A stretch of 62,155 nt of DNA, the filler included, from Vannella sp. (taxonomy: Eukaryota), in assembly GCA_023345925.1 (NCBI GenBank). It is 7 parts of 7 records of this genome, joined end to end, with 100 filler letters (N's around TTAATTAATTAA, not from the genome) between each part and the next. Parts side by side here need not be neighbours in the genome. Positions count along the whole stretch, not along the records: positions 41,132 to 50,464 come from JAJQQN010000756.1; positions 50,565 to 56,630 come from JAJQQN010000721.1; positions 56,731 to 62,155 come from JAJQQN010000723.1; 4 more parts are not named here. The stretch is one strand, 5' to 3'. The notes beneath the pieces are model-generated. The model was given only the letters and a program-made list of their open reading frames with translations, was not told the origin of the DNA and ran no database searches. Positions 46,875-57,141 of this stretch are shown in pieces. Each line of letters starts with the position of its first letter. The stretch's first letter is position 1. Made by a program: the position numbers and the translations under genes.

Positions 46875-49800
46875 TTAGGTACTCATTGGGGCCACGCTTC
46901 GTGCCGACTTGACAGTGTTTGTTTGGAGTTTTGCCTTAAATCTTGGTTTGAGAAGTTCCTCTGGAAGCTGGTCTCCCCTTGCCATGAGGAGCTTTGCCAG
47001 TTCAAAGTGCTCGATTTTGCATGCGACCTCTGCCATCTGCCCATAGGTTTGAATTGGTGACATGACCACTTGAGTTATACATACCACTGGAGAAGTCATC
47101 AATCTCTCGTCCTGAAGCAGGATCACCAAAGAGGAGCATTTCTTCTGAAGACGGTCTCCAAAGCGCGAGAAGTGTTCCATCAAGTGCTAAACGGAGCGAT
47201 CTGATCAGTTCAAGGAGAGGTCTGCTTAGGTGAGCAGACGACTGACATGCATGGTTTTGTTGAACATTGAGACATCCGAGTCACTAATCTTGATCCGGGG
47301 ATCGCCCATCATCTCGCTCAGGAGATCTGGATGCTCGACTGCAAACCAAAAAGGAGATTTGGCCCGTTTAACACCTAACCTTGGTTTCAGAATTTGTTTG
47401 TTCAGGTGTTCCGAAGAGGTGCGAGGATCATGTAGAAGGAAGCGAACAGCTTTCTGCCAAACATGGAAACGGTCCACACAAAAGCCCAAAGCTGTCTCAT
47501 TCTTATCGAACTCGTTCAAGTCAACACGAGGATCTTTCAGCAAAATGAGGAAAGTGTCTTCTGAAAAGGTTGACAACATTGGCACTCTCCCTGCGTTCCC
47601 CTTTCCATTCGTAAGAACTTGAACATTGGAAACATCAATATCTCACCTTTCTGTTGACCAAAAGATCTTCTCTCCTCAGAAGGGCACGCAATAAGTTCTT
47701 GTAACTCATTTCAAGGCAAATCATCAGAATAGTCTTATTCGTGGTTCAGAAAATACCGATCCTCTGAACAGAATGACTTACGTCTCCTGTATCATTCTCC
47801 TGGTTGATATCGAAGGTGGGATCGGACAAAAAAAGGGATTGAATGATTGACATCAAGCTTCTTTCGATTTTGAAGTGTTTCAGCACTGAAAAAACTGGGA
47901 GAATCTTCTTTCGAGTCAGAAAACGTCTTCTTTGGCAAATGCCCACTTGCCCCTTCTTGATCCTTCTCAAAGTCAGAAACATCAAAGCAACACCAAGAAA
48001 TAGGGGGCCTTACAGGAACAGACTTGATGGCTTGAGTCCGGGAATCCTTCATCAGGAGGTGAACAATTTCAGGATCTTTGGTGGAAATCGCCCTTGTCAA
48101 TACCGTCTGCAGGAAAACCTCAGAGTCCGTTTGACAAGAAAGATATCAACAAACCGCAGTCTGTATTTGTGAGGTCGCGTTCTTATCAGAATGAGGTCTC
48201 TTACAATAACCAGAGACTCTTCCTTGAGAAGACGCTTCAGGATGGGAGGATGTTGGAAGGAGTCCATGATAAAGTCATCCTACAATCATTAGTTATGCCA
48301 CAAATCAGATGACTCATACAGTTCTAGTAAGATCCACACGATCACTGGAAAGAAAATGCACCACAACTGCTTTGTGTCCATTCTTGCAGGCCATTTCAAA
48401 TGCATGCTGATGCTGAGGCCAAGGATCTCCGAGAGCAACACTCGAATCAGTATCAAAGCGCTCATCCTGTTCGAGGTACTCGACGATTTCCACTCTGCCA
48501 TAGGCTGAAGCGGCCAATAGCGGAGAAATTCGATCTTGATCAGTGCTGTGGTGATTGACATCAATCCCTTCCATGTCGGCCAAATACTTAACCAAATCAA
48601 GATCCCCAGATTCACACGCCAAGATGAATCCGTTCACCTTCTTCTTGTCCTTCAATCGCGATTAGAGCGAATCATAGCTTCGATGAAAGTGCATACTACG
48701 AGGTTCACGTTAAAATCTTCGCGCTTCGCCATCATCTGGATCGCTTCGATGTGACCCATTGAGCATGCAAAAAGGGAGATTCTTCCCACGAGTGCGGATT
48801 ACTTTCCTGTCGAGAAAGTAAGGAGATGCGACAGACACCTTACAGCTAATCGCACATGAACAAACTTCGGATGCTCCAGAATCAGCTTTAAGACAGGAAG
48901 GTCGTTCTCAACCATTGCAACAAAGAGGCAGTCATCTGACTGTGGCAATGTTAGTAAAACACACTGGATCATCACCGAACTCACTTGAATGGTGCTCCCG
49001 GATGAATCCACGTGAGCTATCTGGAGGAATCTTAGTTATTTACGCGTGCATTCTTCTGCAGGCGTACTCCAGCATAGACATCGATCTTAGGATGGCTGAG
49101 AATCCTCTTAATGAGACCCATTCTCCCTCTCTTTTTCGATTGAATGGCTTGATAGAGAGCAAAGCCCTTCCAGCTAATTGTTACTCAAACATCTGATAGA
49201 AACAGAACGTACTTTGGGCTTGCTCTAAACCACAAGGTGAGAACAGATACTCAAAAGGCCAAACGAACCCGATAATTGACATCCGTGTCTGGGTGGTTCA
49301 AGAGGAATTCAACCACTTTGCGCTTGTCTTCCCTGATCGCAGCAACCAAAGGGGTCCATTTTTTCTTAGGAATGATTGTTCAGGGGATTAATAATCAAGC
49401 GAGCAGGATGCCACCAACCTCACTGGTGTTCTATTGGAGATAAGTCAATTCAAATCCAACCATCAGCTGCCAACATTACCTGGACAGGAAGCACAGCGTT
49501 CATTTTGACGGCCCAAGGGTGCCACAGTCTCTTTACTGTCGGCAAGTCCCCCAAATGGCAAGCAGCATGGACCTCCTTGGTCCACATGGCAATACACTCT
49601 TCAATAAGATCTTTGCGACGCCAATCCAAATTCGGGGGAAGAAGATCCTCCGCTCTCTCGTGAAGCGACATCTCGTGACTGTCTCCCTTGCACTCGTAAT
49701 ACACTCTCGCCATCAGCTCTCTGGCCTCTTTCCGATTCTCTTCCTCTGTTTTGCTGACAACCGCTCGGCGACTGCTCGCTCGTTGGGGTACCGGCAGGGA

Positions 49801-50198
49801 ACCTGAGATTCTCAATGAATACCGCTCCACATCGAGCACATATCTCACCTTTCCCGCGCCGAGCTTGCTTTCGTGGTGGAGACCCTTCAGGAGGATCACT
49901 AGGATCATCCTCTCGTACTCTCTTCTTTGGTACCCTGTCTTAACAAGTCATGAGTGCGAGGGGAGAAGTCTTGTCATGGTTACGTTGCTTCGTTGGAGAG
50001 TTCCTCCGTGCGCGTAGGCGCGGAGCGAGTTCCCTGCGTACTCGCATCTGCTTCGACATCTTCGTTTGGAGCAACAGAGTGCACGATCGAGGAAGTGAGA
50101 GGGCTACCACGCACCCCTTCCTCCAACAATGGATCGTTCCTGCAAGGGAACGTCAGCTTTACCACGAGAGGCACAAACCTGAAAATCTGATTGGTCAA
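46875..50198 (-). CDS. Large multi-exon ankyrin-repeat protein (start unresolved)
   Basis: FILACESGDLDLVKYL, SPLLAASAYGRVEIVEYL, MACKNGHKAVV, repeated LLxDPRxD; many short introns. Confidence 0.7.
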
Positions 50199-50321
50199 CC
50201 GGAGTCCCCCTAATGAGAGAGTGGAGATGCCTCTCTACATAAAAATAAGTTAAAATTAACACAGATTATTATTTTTGAGTTTGTTTGTGATCTCAGTGGT
50301 GAATTGGAGCATAAATGGGCT

Positions 50322-50464
50322 GAGAGAAGTCACGAGCGGCGAGGGCATTTCCCCTCCTTTAGGTCCTGGAAGCCCCAAAAGTGAAAAAATAAAATCAGCT
50401 CAAAAGCTTATCCTGAGGAGATGGAGGTCATCAGGACATTCTACACAAACACGAGTTCTGCCCC
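50322..50464 (+). repeat. Dispersed element, copy D (3' truncated by contig end)
   Basis: gagaagtcacgagcggcgagggcatttcccct...aaaagcttatcctgaggagatggaggtcatcagga...gagttctgcccc. Confidence 0.95.
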
Positions 50465-50564
50465 NNNNNNNNNNNNNNNNNNNNNNNNNNNNNNNNNNNN
50501 NNNNNNNNTTAATTAATTAANNNNNNNNNNNNNNNNNNNNNNNNNNNNNNNNNNNNNNNNNNNN
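50465..50564. other. Artificial contig linker
   Basis: N-run with TTAATTAATTAA. Confidence 0.99.
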
Positions 50565-50682
50565 TGTATGTTCTCATCTCATAGATGGGGAACTTCTCTG
50601 CTCCAGCACTTGCAAACCGCTGGGAGTGGACCAAAGTTCTTCCACTTTGGAAGGCTCCTCTCAAGACCGACGCTCTCTGCAT
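50565..50682 (-). CDS. NIPSNAP-family protein, 5' fragment
   Basis: Presequence MQRASVLRGAF... followed by IYEMRTY, cut by the contig edge. Confidence 0.65.
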
Positions 50683-50760
50683 GTTCCAACAAAACAATGA
50701 AATTGAAAAAATTCTTTTTGGCACCTAATTGGAAGGGGATTCTTCTTTTCGCCTTCTTGA

Positions 50761-50915
50761 AGAAATTCAAGGGGAAGAGGGGCAGAACTTTTGTTTGCGT
50801 AGCTTGCCCCGATGACCTCCATCTCTTCAGGATAAGCTTTTGGACTGATTTCATTTTTTCACTTTTTGGCTGCTTGAGGAACAAGGGGAAATGCCCTCGC
50901 CACTCGTGACTTCTC
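50761..50915 (-). repeat. Dispersed element, copy E (inverted)
   Basis: Reverse complement reads gagaagtcacgagtggcgagggcatttcccct...ccaaaaagtgaaaaaatgaaatcagtccaaaagcttatcctgaagagatggaggtcatcgggg. Confidence 0.95.
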
Positions 50916-50997
50916 GGTCGCTTTGAACCCTTCCACCAATACCCAATGTCCTTGAGATTCCAATGTCCAATACCCAATGTCCAAAGTCTAGTGAGAT

Positions 50998-52239
50998 TCA
51001 TTTCCGCATTGGGCCAAAGAGGAGTTGAGCTTGTCCCAATTGTTCGGAAGTGAGCGGAGAGATTTGCCTTTCCTGTTGGCCGTAGTGTTGAGGCAAGCTC
51101 CCTGCTGAAGGAGGCGCTACCTCTGTCATGATGGGAAGCTCTTCTTCTCCCCGCCTTTGCAAAGCTTCCCACAAAATGGGGCTCATTTCATTCCGGTACT
51201 CATCCGGAAGACTTTGGGAAAGGTGCCAAGGCGACAATTGATCTCGCCCTCTTCGGATACTTGGATTAGCGTTTAAATCAAGGAGCTTCTTCACCAGCTC
51301 TGAGTTTCCTGTGAGCACAGCGTGGTGCAAAGGAGTGCTCCCCTCGTCATTACCGACATTGATCATCTGACGATGAGTTTCGAACTCCAATAGCACATTA
51401 ACGCATTGGAATGCTCCCATTTCAATAGCAGAGTGTAACGGGAGGTCTCCAGATTGCCCTCGAGGCACATCAGGCTCCAATCCGGGGCAATTCAGCAAAG
51501 CTGTCAGGCAATCCACCTTATTCCAAGCTGCCAGCTTATGCAAAGCCGTCCATCTATACATGTCTGCACCATTTACATTGATAGACTCGTCTTCCAACCA
51601 GCCAAGAAAGTCCTCGTCTGACAAAGGAGCTTCCATCATCTTCGAGAGGCTTCGGCCAGCAACTTTCTGTGAGATTGTAGACGAAGAGGTAGGAGTCACT
51701 GGGCAGGAGTAATTAGATATAAAGGAGCTTTCTAACCCCTCTACAAAGTCAAGAAGCATCTCTTTGAGACGAGGGAAGCCGTGGTCCGCAGCTACATCAG
51801 CAGGTGAGTTTCCCCAGCGGTCAGTGACGTTCTGGCAAGCTCCAGATTGCAGCAAGGAGAAGCAAATACCAAAGTCGCCATTGTGAGTGGCCAGAAACAG
51901 TGGTGTCTCTTCCCAGCAGTTTGCGGCGTCTACTTCCACTCTCGGATCAGAGAGAAGGATTTCAAGGGCCCCTAACGACCCTCCGACAGCAGCCTTATGA
52001 AGAGGAGTCATCTTTCGCCTTCCTAGAGCGTTCGGATCGATCAGAGGATGGTCTAGCAACAGCTTGACCATCTTCGCCTCGTTGTACGCCGCCGCCCAGT
52101 GCAAAGCCGACATCCCTTCCCCGTCCAACGCATTCACATCCAAGCTGGGATCCCTTAGCAACCGGGTCACCTCCTTCAAGTCCCCCTTGACCGTGGAAAG
52201 GACAAAGAGAGCGGAGAGGGCGGACGAGTCCAAGTCCAT
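50998..52239 (-). CDS. Ankyrin-repeat protein
   Basis: SALHWAA, TPLHKAA, TPLFLA, TALHKLA, TPLHHAV. Confidence 0.9.
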   Translation of the reverse strand: MDLDSSALSALFVLSTVKGDLKEVTRLLRDPSLDVNALDGEGMSALHWAAAYNEAKMVKLLLDHPLIDPNALGRRKMTPLHKAAVGGSLGALEILLSDPRVEVDAANCWEETPLFLATHNGDFGICFSLLQSGACQNVTDRWGNSPADVAADHGFPRLKEMLLDFVEGLESSFISNYSCPVTPTSSSTISQKVAGRSLSKMMEAPLSDEDFLGWLEDESINVNGADMYRWTALHKLAAWNKVDCLTALLNCPGLEPDVPRGQSGDLPLHSAIEMGAFQCVNVLLEFETHRQMINVGNDEGSTPLHHAVLTGNSELVKKLLDLNANPSIRRGRDQLSPWHLSQSLPDEYRNEMSPILWEALQRRGEEELPIMTEVAPPSAGSLPQHYGQQERQISPLTSEQLGQAQLLFGPMRK

Positions 52240-52295
52240 CCAGAGACCCACAAAATCAAATAAACCCCCAAAATCATTCAATCAATCATTATTTA

Positions 52296-52886
52296 ATGGA
52301 GGTCATCAAATGCGTGCTTGTCGGAGACGAGGGCGTTGGGAAGACCGTTTTGCTTGCCTCCTTCACCAACACTTTCCCGGGAGATAACGTAACAATGGAT
52401 GCGGGTAGTTGTGGTGCAGACATGATAGTGAACAACAAACCCATCAGGCTGTCCTTTTGGGATACTGAGGGGAGGGAGGGAGTCGATCGATTTCGCCCTT
52501 TGTGGTACCCTTACACAGACATCTTCCTTGTGTGCTATTCTGCATCTGACAAAGCGAGTTGGGAGCACGTCGAATCAAAGTGGCATCCCGAGATCACCTT
52601 GCACTGCCCAGGCACGCCCTTCCTCCTGATTGCCACAAAAAGCGATCTGGCCACCGACCCAGTCATCCGAGAGGCCCTGTCAGAGAGATCCCAAACGATA
52701 GTTTCCCGAGAAGAAGGCCAGCACTTAGCAGACACTCTGGGAGCGCACCAGTTCATGGAATGCTCCGCTCTCACCCGAGAAGGTCTCCAAGAGGTGTTTG
52801 AAGTCGCTGCTCGTGTGCCAGTTTGGTCCAAACCCAAAAGCAAATCCTTTCTTTCGTCCGTGTTCTCCTCTTTGGTGAAGCGATAA
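52296..52886 (+). CDS. Atypical Rho/Rac-family small GTPase
   Basis: IKCVLVGDEGVGKT, WDTEGREG, RPLWYPYTDIFLVCYS, TKSD, Rho insert, MECSA. Confidence 0.92.
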   Translation: MEVIKCVLVGDEGVGKTVLLASFTNTFPGDNVTMDAGSCGADMIVNNKPIRLSFWDTEGREGVDRFRPLWYPYTDIFLVCYSASDKASWEHVESKWHPEITLHCPGTPFLLIATKSDLATDPVIREALSERSQTIVSREEGQHLADTLGAHQFMECSALTREGLQEVFEVAARVPVWSKPKSKSFLSSVFSSLVKR

Positions 52887-52901
52887 CCGAAACCTCCCAT
52901 T

Positions 52902-52975
52902 CAGCCACTCCCCACACCCCAGCCACTCCCCATACCCCAGCCACTCCAGCCACTCCCCATACCCCAGCCACTCCC
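52902..52975. repeat. Short tandem repeat (ccagccactccccatacc-like)
   Basis: cagccactcc occurs 5 times just 3' of the GTPase. Confidence 0.85.
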
Positions 52976-53217
52976 ACTTTGCCCGAATGCCGGTTCACCT
53001 GCCAGCATGCACGCACTTCCTCCATTAGTTCTCGATAATGATGAATATCATCTGTCAGATGGTTCAATTGGGTGATGCAAAGGGCTGCAAAGGGGTGGAG
53101 AAGACAAGCTTGAATGATAAAAGTTGACTTCTTTATGATTCTGGCTGAAACAGCTTAAATAGGAGAGATTCAGCCCCCTGCTTGAGGTACATGGAGGGCT
53201 TGCTAGATCTGGAGGAC

Positions 53218-54936
53218 TTAGAAGAGGAAGGCCATTGCCAGTAGAGTGACTGCGGACCAAACAGCCAATAATGGGACGGAGAGGGCGCTGCTGGCAGCCT
53301 GGTCATCAACATACTCAGGAACGATAAACGAGAAGGAAGAGCTGGGCAGAATCACCCGGCTGACAGAGGTATCGAAGGGGCAAGAGCTCACAATCTGGAG
53401 GACCTGGCCTCGAACAATACCAGTGCCGCCCGCTTTAGACCCGTCGCCCACTTGAATGAAGGTCTTATCCTGGATGAAGGCCACCTCTTCGTCATCATTG
53501 AGCCGAATCTTCGTCCCCGCCACAGCGTCGGCTGAATCCCCAATGTGCTGCAAAGTGTCCCCAGGAAGTCCTAACTCGCCCTGCAGCAAGTCCACACTCG
53601 CAATCTCGTGGTTCGGGAGTCGATAGTTGATGTCATAGTCCAAGACACGGCCACGAGAAGTAGTCTCTGCCAGTCGGAATGTCCCGCAACCGACGCCACT
53701 GGTAGTGACAGGAGGGACCATCTGACTGCCAGTCAAGTACGCGTAGAAGTTGTAAGTGTCAGAAACCTGCCCACGAATCTCAGTGTCGGGGTAGATCACA
53801 CTATCGACGGTCACGAACAGGCGTCCTTCGTAGAGGGCGATGATCTCGTCGGGGTTGAGCACGCGGCTACCGTAAATGGGACTGGCAGCTCGAGAGAGTG
53901 GCCAGATCTTGTTACCTTCCGTGAAACGGTCACCCAAGTTCATCCAGGCACCGGTTGGGTTGGCCACCGAGTGAAAGACGAGATACTGTAACACAAAGTT
54001 GTTGCAATCCAGAGCAAACAGACCACACCCACGCGCCACTGTTCTCACCTCCTTGGGCTCTACGGTCTGTCCATCCAAACGAGCTGTGAAAGAGACAGCA
54101 GGTAGCAGGTCAATCACATCCAGTTGCCCGCGAACGTCTCCGCGAGGAAAGTCTGCCGAGTTGATCTGGAGATAGAGCTCGTCATTGAGAAGCTCCTTCT
54201 TCTCTGCTGTGGTGAACGAGACAGCTTGCTTGATAGGAGAGCGCACTTCCTTGAAGGCGATGAGAGGCGCTCCTACTTGGTTGGGGTTGCCGCTGTATAT
54301 GTTCATGGAGATGGGACGGGCGATGTCGTGCATCACCACAAACTGACCAGTGCGGCGCGGATCGTACTCGCTGTACGTTGCAATAGCAAGCCCCCGAGAC
54401 TTGGAGAGGGCACCCTCTGGTTGTCTGGGACGCACGTGCTTACTGCGGAGTCGGGTATAGATCGCATGGTCTTGTCGGAGCTGTCCTCGGATAGTGCCGT
54501 ACTCATACGGGTCCGAAGTGATAGCGAGGTACCACAATCCGTTAAGAAAGTCGTTCTCCTGCTCTGCTACGGAGTAGTTGCGACCTCCGATGACAAGAGC
54601 CTCCATGGAGAAGACCTGCCTGAAGTTGGCGTCGAGTTTCACGACAAACTCGTACAATGAAGGCCCGTTCTGTTGCGTGTTACCGCGGTAGAGAGACGCA
54701 TAGAAGGGCCCAAAGACAGGGTTGACATCAAACTGCACCTCGCAGTCCAGTTGGTAGGGGGAAGCATTCCGGTCCAACTCGCAGATGGCGATGCCGGTGC
54801 CGCCTGTGTCGCTTGCTGCGGGAACCACCCCACTTGGAGATAACTCAGCTGTATGTACCTTCTTCGTCCACTCCCCAGAGACAGACAAGGACAACGTTAA
54901 CAGCAACAGCGCAGCGAACAAGGGAAAGCCCGCCAT
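53218..54936 (-). CDS. Surface protein with four CHRD domains, signal peptide and GPI-like tail
   Basis: Four units ending (T/D/E/I)(I/V)RGQ(L/V); FxAxLxG..VP(P) starts clearest in units 3-4; hydrophobic N- and C-termini. Confidence 0.85.
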   Translation of the reverse strand: MAGFPLFAALLLLTLSLSVSGEWTKKVHTAELSPSGVVPAASDTGGTGIAICELDRNASPYQLDCEVQFDVNPVFGPFYASLYRGNTQQNGPSLYEFVVKLDANFRQVFSMEALVIGGRNYSVAEQENDFLNGLWYLAITSDPYEYGTIRGQLRQDHAIYTRLRSKHVRPRQPEGALSKSRGLAIATYSEYDPRRTGQFVVMHDIARPISMNIYSGNPNQVGAPLIAFKEVRSPIKQAVSFTTAEKKELLNDELYLQINSADFPRGDVRGQLDVIDLLPAVSFTARLDGQTVEPKEVRTVARGCGLFALDCNNFVLQYLVFHSVANPTGAWMNLGDRFTEGNKIWPLSRAASPIYGSRVLNPDEIIALYEGRLFVTVDSVIYPDTEIRGQVSDTYNFYAYLTGSQMVPPVTTSGVGCGTFRLAETTSRGRVLDYDINYRLPNHEIASVDLLQGELGLPGDTLQHIGDSADAVAGTKIRLNDDEEVAFIQDKTFIQVGDGSKAGGTGIVRGQVLQIVSSCPFDTSVSRVILPSSSFSFIVPEYVDDQAASSALSVPLLAVWSAVTLLAMAFLF

Positions 54937-55017
54937 GCTGCCGCGGCCAACACCAAAATGAAAGTCTTCTGCCAATGCCAGGGGACAACCCAGAAACGAG
55001 TAAGGGTGTGTTTACAC

Positions 55018-56325
55018 TTAAGCCTTGGGATGGTAAGGGTGAGGGAACTCCACGGTGCGGACGGGGATGTCCTCGTTCCAGTAGATGTTCTGGAAGGCTT
55101 GCTCAGCAGGTGGGAAGGCATCATCGTTAACGGACTCGACGCATTCGTCAACTTCAGTGCGAATCTGCTTCTCAATGTCCTGGGGGATCGTTAGGCCACC
55201 TCGAACGCCCAAGCTCAGGAACCTACCTTGAGCTCCTGCTCGTTGAGGATGGAGAGCTCAAGAATGCGACTGCGGACTCTCTCAATAGGGTCATTGTTCT
55301 TTCTGACCTCCTCGACCTCCTCGCGGGTACGGTATGTAGTGCCTGGGTCCGACATCGAGTGTCCCACGTAGCGGTAAGTGACCATCTCAAGAATGATTGG
55401 GCCTTTCTTCACAGCGTGATCTTTGGCGAAGGCAACAGCACTGCGGACGCTAGCAAAGTCCATACCGTCCACCTTGACACCAGCCATGAAGTCACCTCGT
55501 TGGTAGAACTCTGTGTTGGCGGCAGCGCGCTCGACACTAGTACCCATACCGTACTTGTTGTTCTCGCAAATGTAAATCACGGGCAGTTTCCACAGCTGAG
55601 CCATGTTGTACGCCTCGAAGAGCTGGCCCTGGTTGGCTGATCCATCACCGTACAAAGAGATGCAGACATTATCAGTGCCCTTATACTTATGGCTGAAAGC
55701 AATACCAGCTCCAACGGGAGTCTGAGCACCAACGATGCCGTTGCCACCGTAGAAGTTGCCTTCCTTGCGGTACATGTGCATGGATCCACCGTTGCCCTGT
55801 GGTCGCCATCAGACCCTAAAAATGAAGAAAATGAGGTGGTGTTACTGACCTTGGAGCATCCGGTAACTCTGCCTTGAAGCTCTGCGTAGATCTCCTTAAC
55901 TGTGCAGCCGCGGGTGTACGCGAAGCCATGGTCACGGTATGCCGTGATGATTGAGTCCTCAAGAGTCAGGACGGATTCAATGCCTGAGACAATAGCCTCC
56001 TGACCGTTGTAGAGGTGGAGGAAGCCCTGGATCTTGCGGGCTTTGTACATCTTGTCGGCGCCTTGCTCCATGCGGCGGATAGTGTACATCTGCTTGAAGG
56101 CATTGGTAAGGGCATCACCAGTGATTTGAGTGGTGGACTTTGGTCCCTCCTGCAACTTGTGGAGCTTGTACTCGTTCTGGAAATAGCTTAGCACAAAACG
56201 ATCCTCTCAACGACACCTACGTCAACTGTAAGCTCAAAGAGGGTCGAGTTAGCATATGCGCGAGCTGTATCGCTTGCAAGTCTCTTGGGGAACACATTGG
56301 CCCGAGCAACAGAGCGAAGGAGCAT
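55018..56325 (-). CDS. PDHA1: Pyruvate dehydrogenase E1 alpha, mitochondrial, multi-exon
   Basis: [49 protein letters not shown]. Confidence 0.97.
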
Positions 56326-56462
56326 GTTGCCGAGACTTGTGGAGAAAACGAAAGCTCTGCAAGGCTGGACGCCTTCCTAAATGAACCTAAAGCGATAAAA
56401 TTTGGATAAGCTCAGTTTAATAGCACAACAATAGAATATCCCAACTTGCTTCTGATTTTTCT

Positions 56463-56536
56463 GAGAGAGTTCTGAGGCATGATCGAGTGGAGAGAGTTCT
56501 CTGAGGCATGAGTGGAGAGAGTTCTCTTAGGCATGA
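56463..56536. repeat. ~25-bp tandem repeat x3 (gagagagttctctgaggcatga) upstream of PDHA
   Basis: Direct reading. Confidence 0.8.
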
Positions 56537-56630
56537 ACCAAAAAAGAACAGAGAGCCGCTCTGAGATGTCCCCGTCATGTCCCGCTTAGACTTCAAACCA
56601 AACCGAAGAACAGTGCCGCACGGAGAGAGG

Positions 56631-56730
56631 NNNNNNNNNNNNNNNNNNNNNNNNNNNNNNNNNNNNNNNNNNNNTTAATTAATTAANNNNNNNNNNNNNN
56701 NNNNNNNNNNNNNNNNNNNNNNNNNNNNNN
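56631..56730. other. Artificial contig linker
   Basis: N-run with TTAATTAATTAA. Confidence 0.99.
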
Positions 56731-57141
56731 TTTGTTTTGGTCGAGGCACTTTTTCGGTTCATTTTACCATCCTCTCCCGTGAATTCTCTCAACAACAAAA
56801 TCAACTCCTCACCAATCTTCCCATTCTCAGTTTGACGAAATCCGTTGAATTCCTCTGCAGCCATGACAAAAGTTATCATGCAGCAACTGATAGCCATTCA
56901 CTCCGCCAAAAAAAGGTAAAACCCCCAAAACAGGATTTGTGCCACCAAGCCCAAACCCAAAACAGAACTATCCACCAAGGCCTGGACAGGCTACAGAATT
57001 CTCCCTCGCACCAAGTTAGTTCCCGTTTCTCGAGATTTGGCCCTTCTTGGTGATGAAAGAGGTGTCGGGACATGATGAAGACTTTAGAAGAGAAATGAAA
57101 GGAAAAGGAAAGGGAAAGGGGTGCTGAAGGAGGAGGAAAGG

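Noticed and set aside
52902..52975. Telomere-like C-rich repeat or ATPHTP peptide ORF
   Set aside because: Irregular short internal minisatellite in a 3' region; not at a contig end
56731..56864. Minus-strand ORF start at a contig edge (MAAEEFNGF...)
   Set aside because: Too short and truncated to identify
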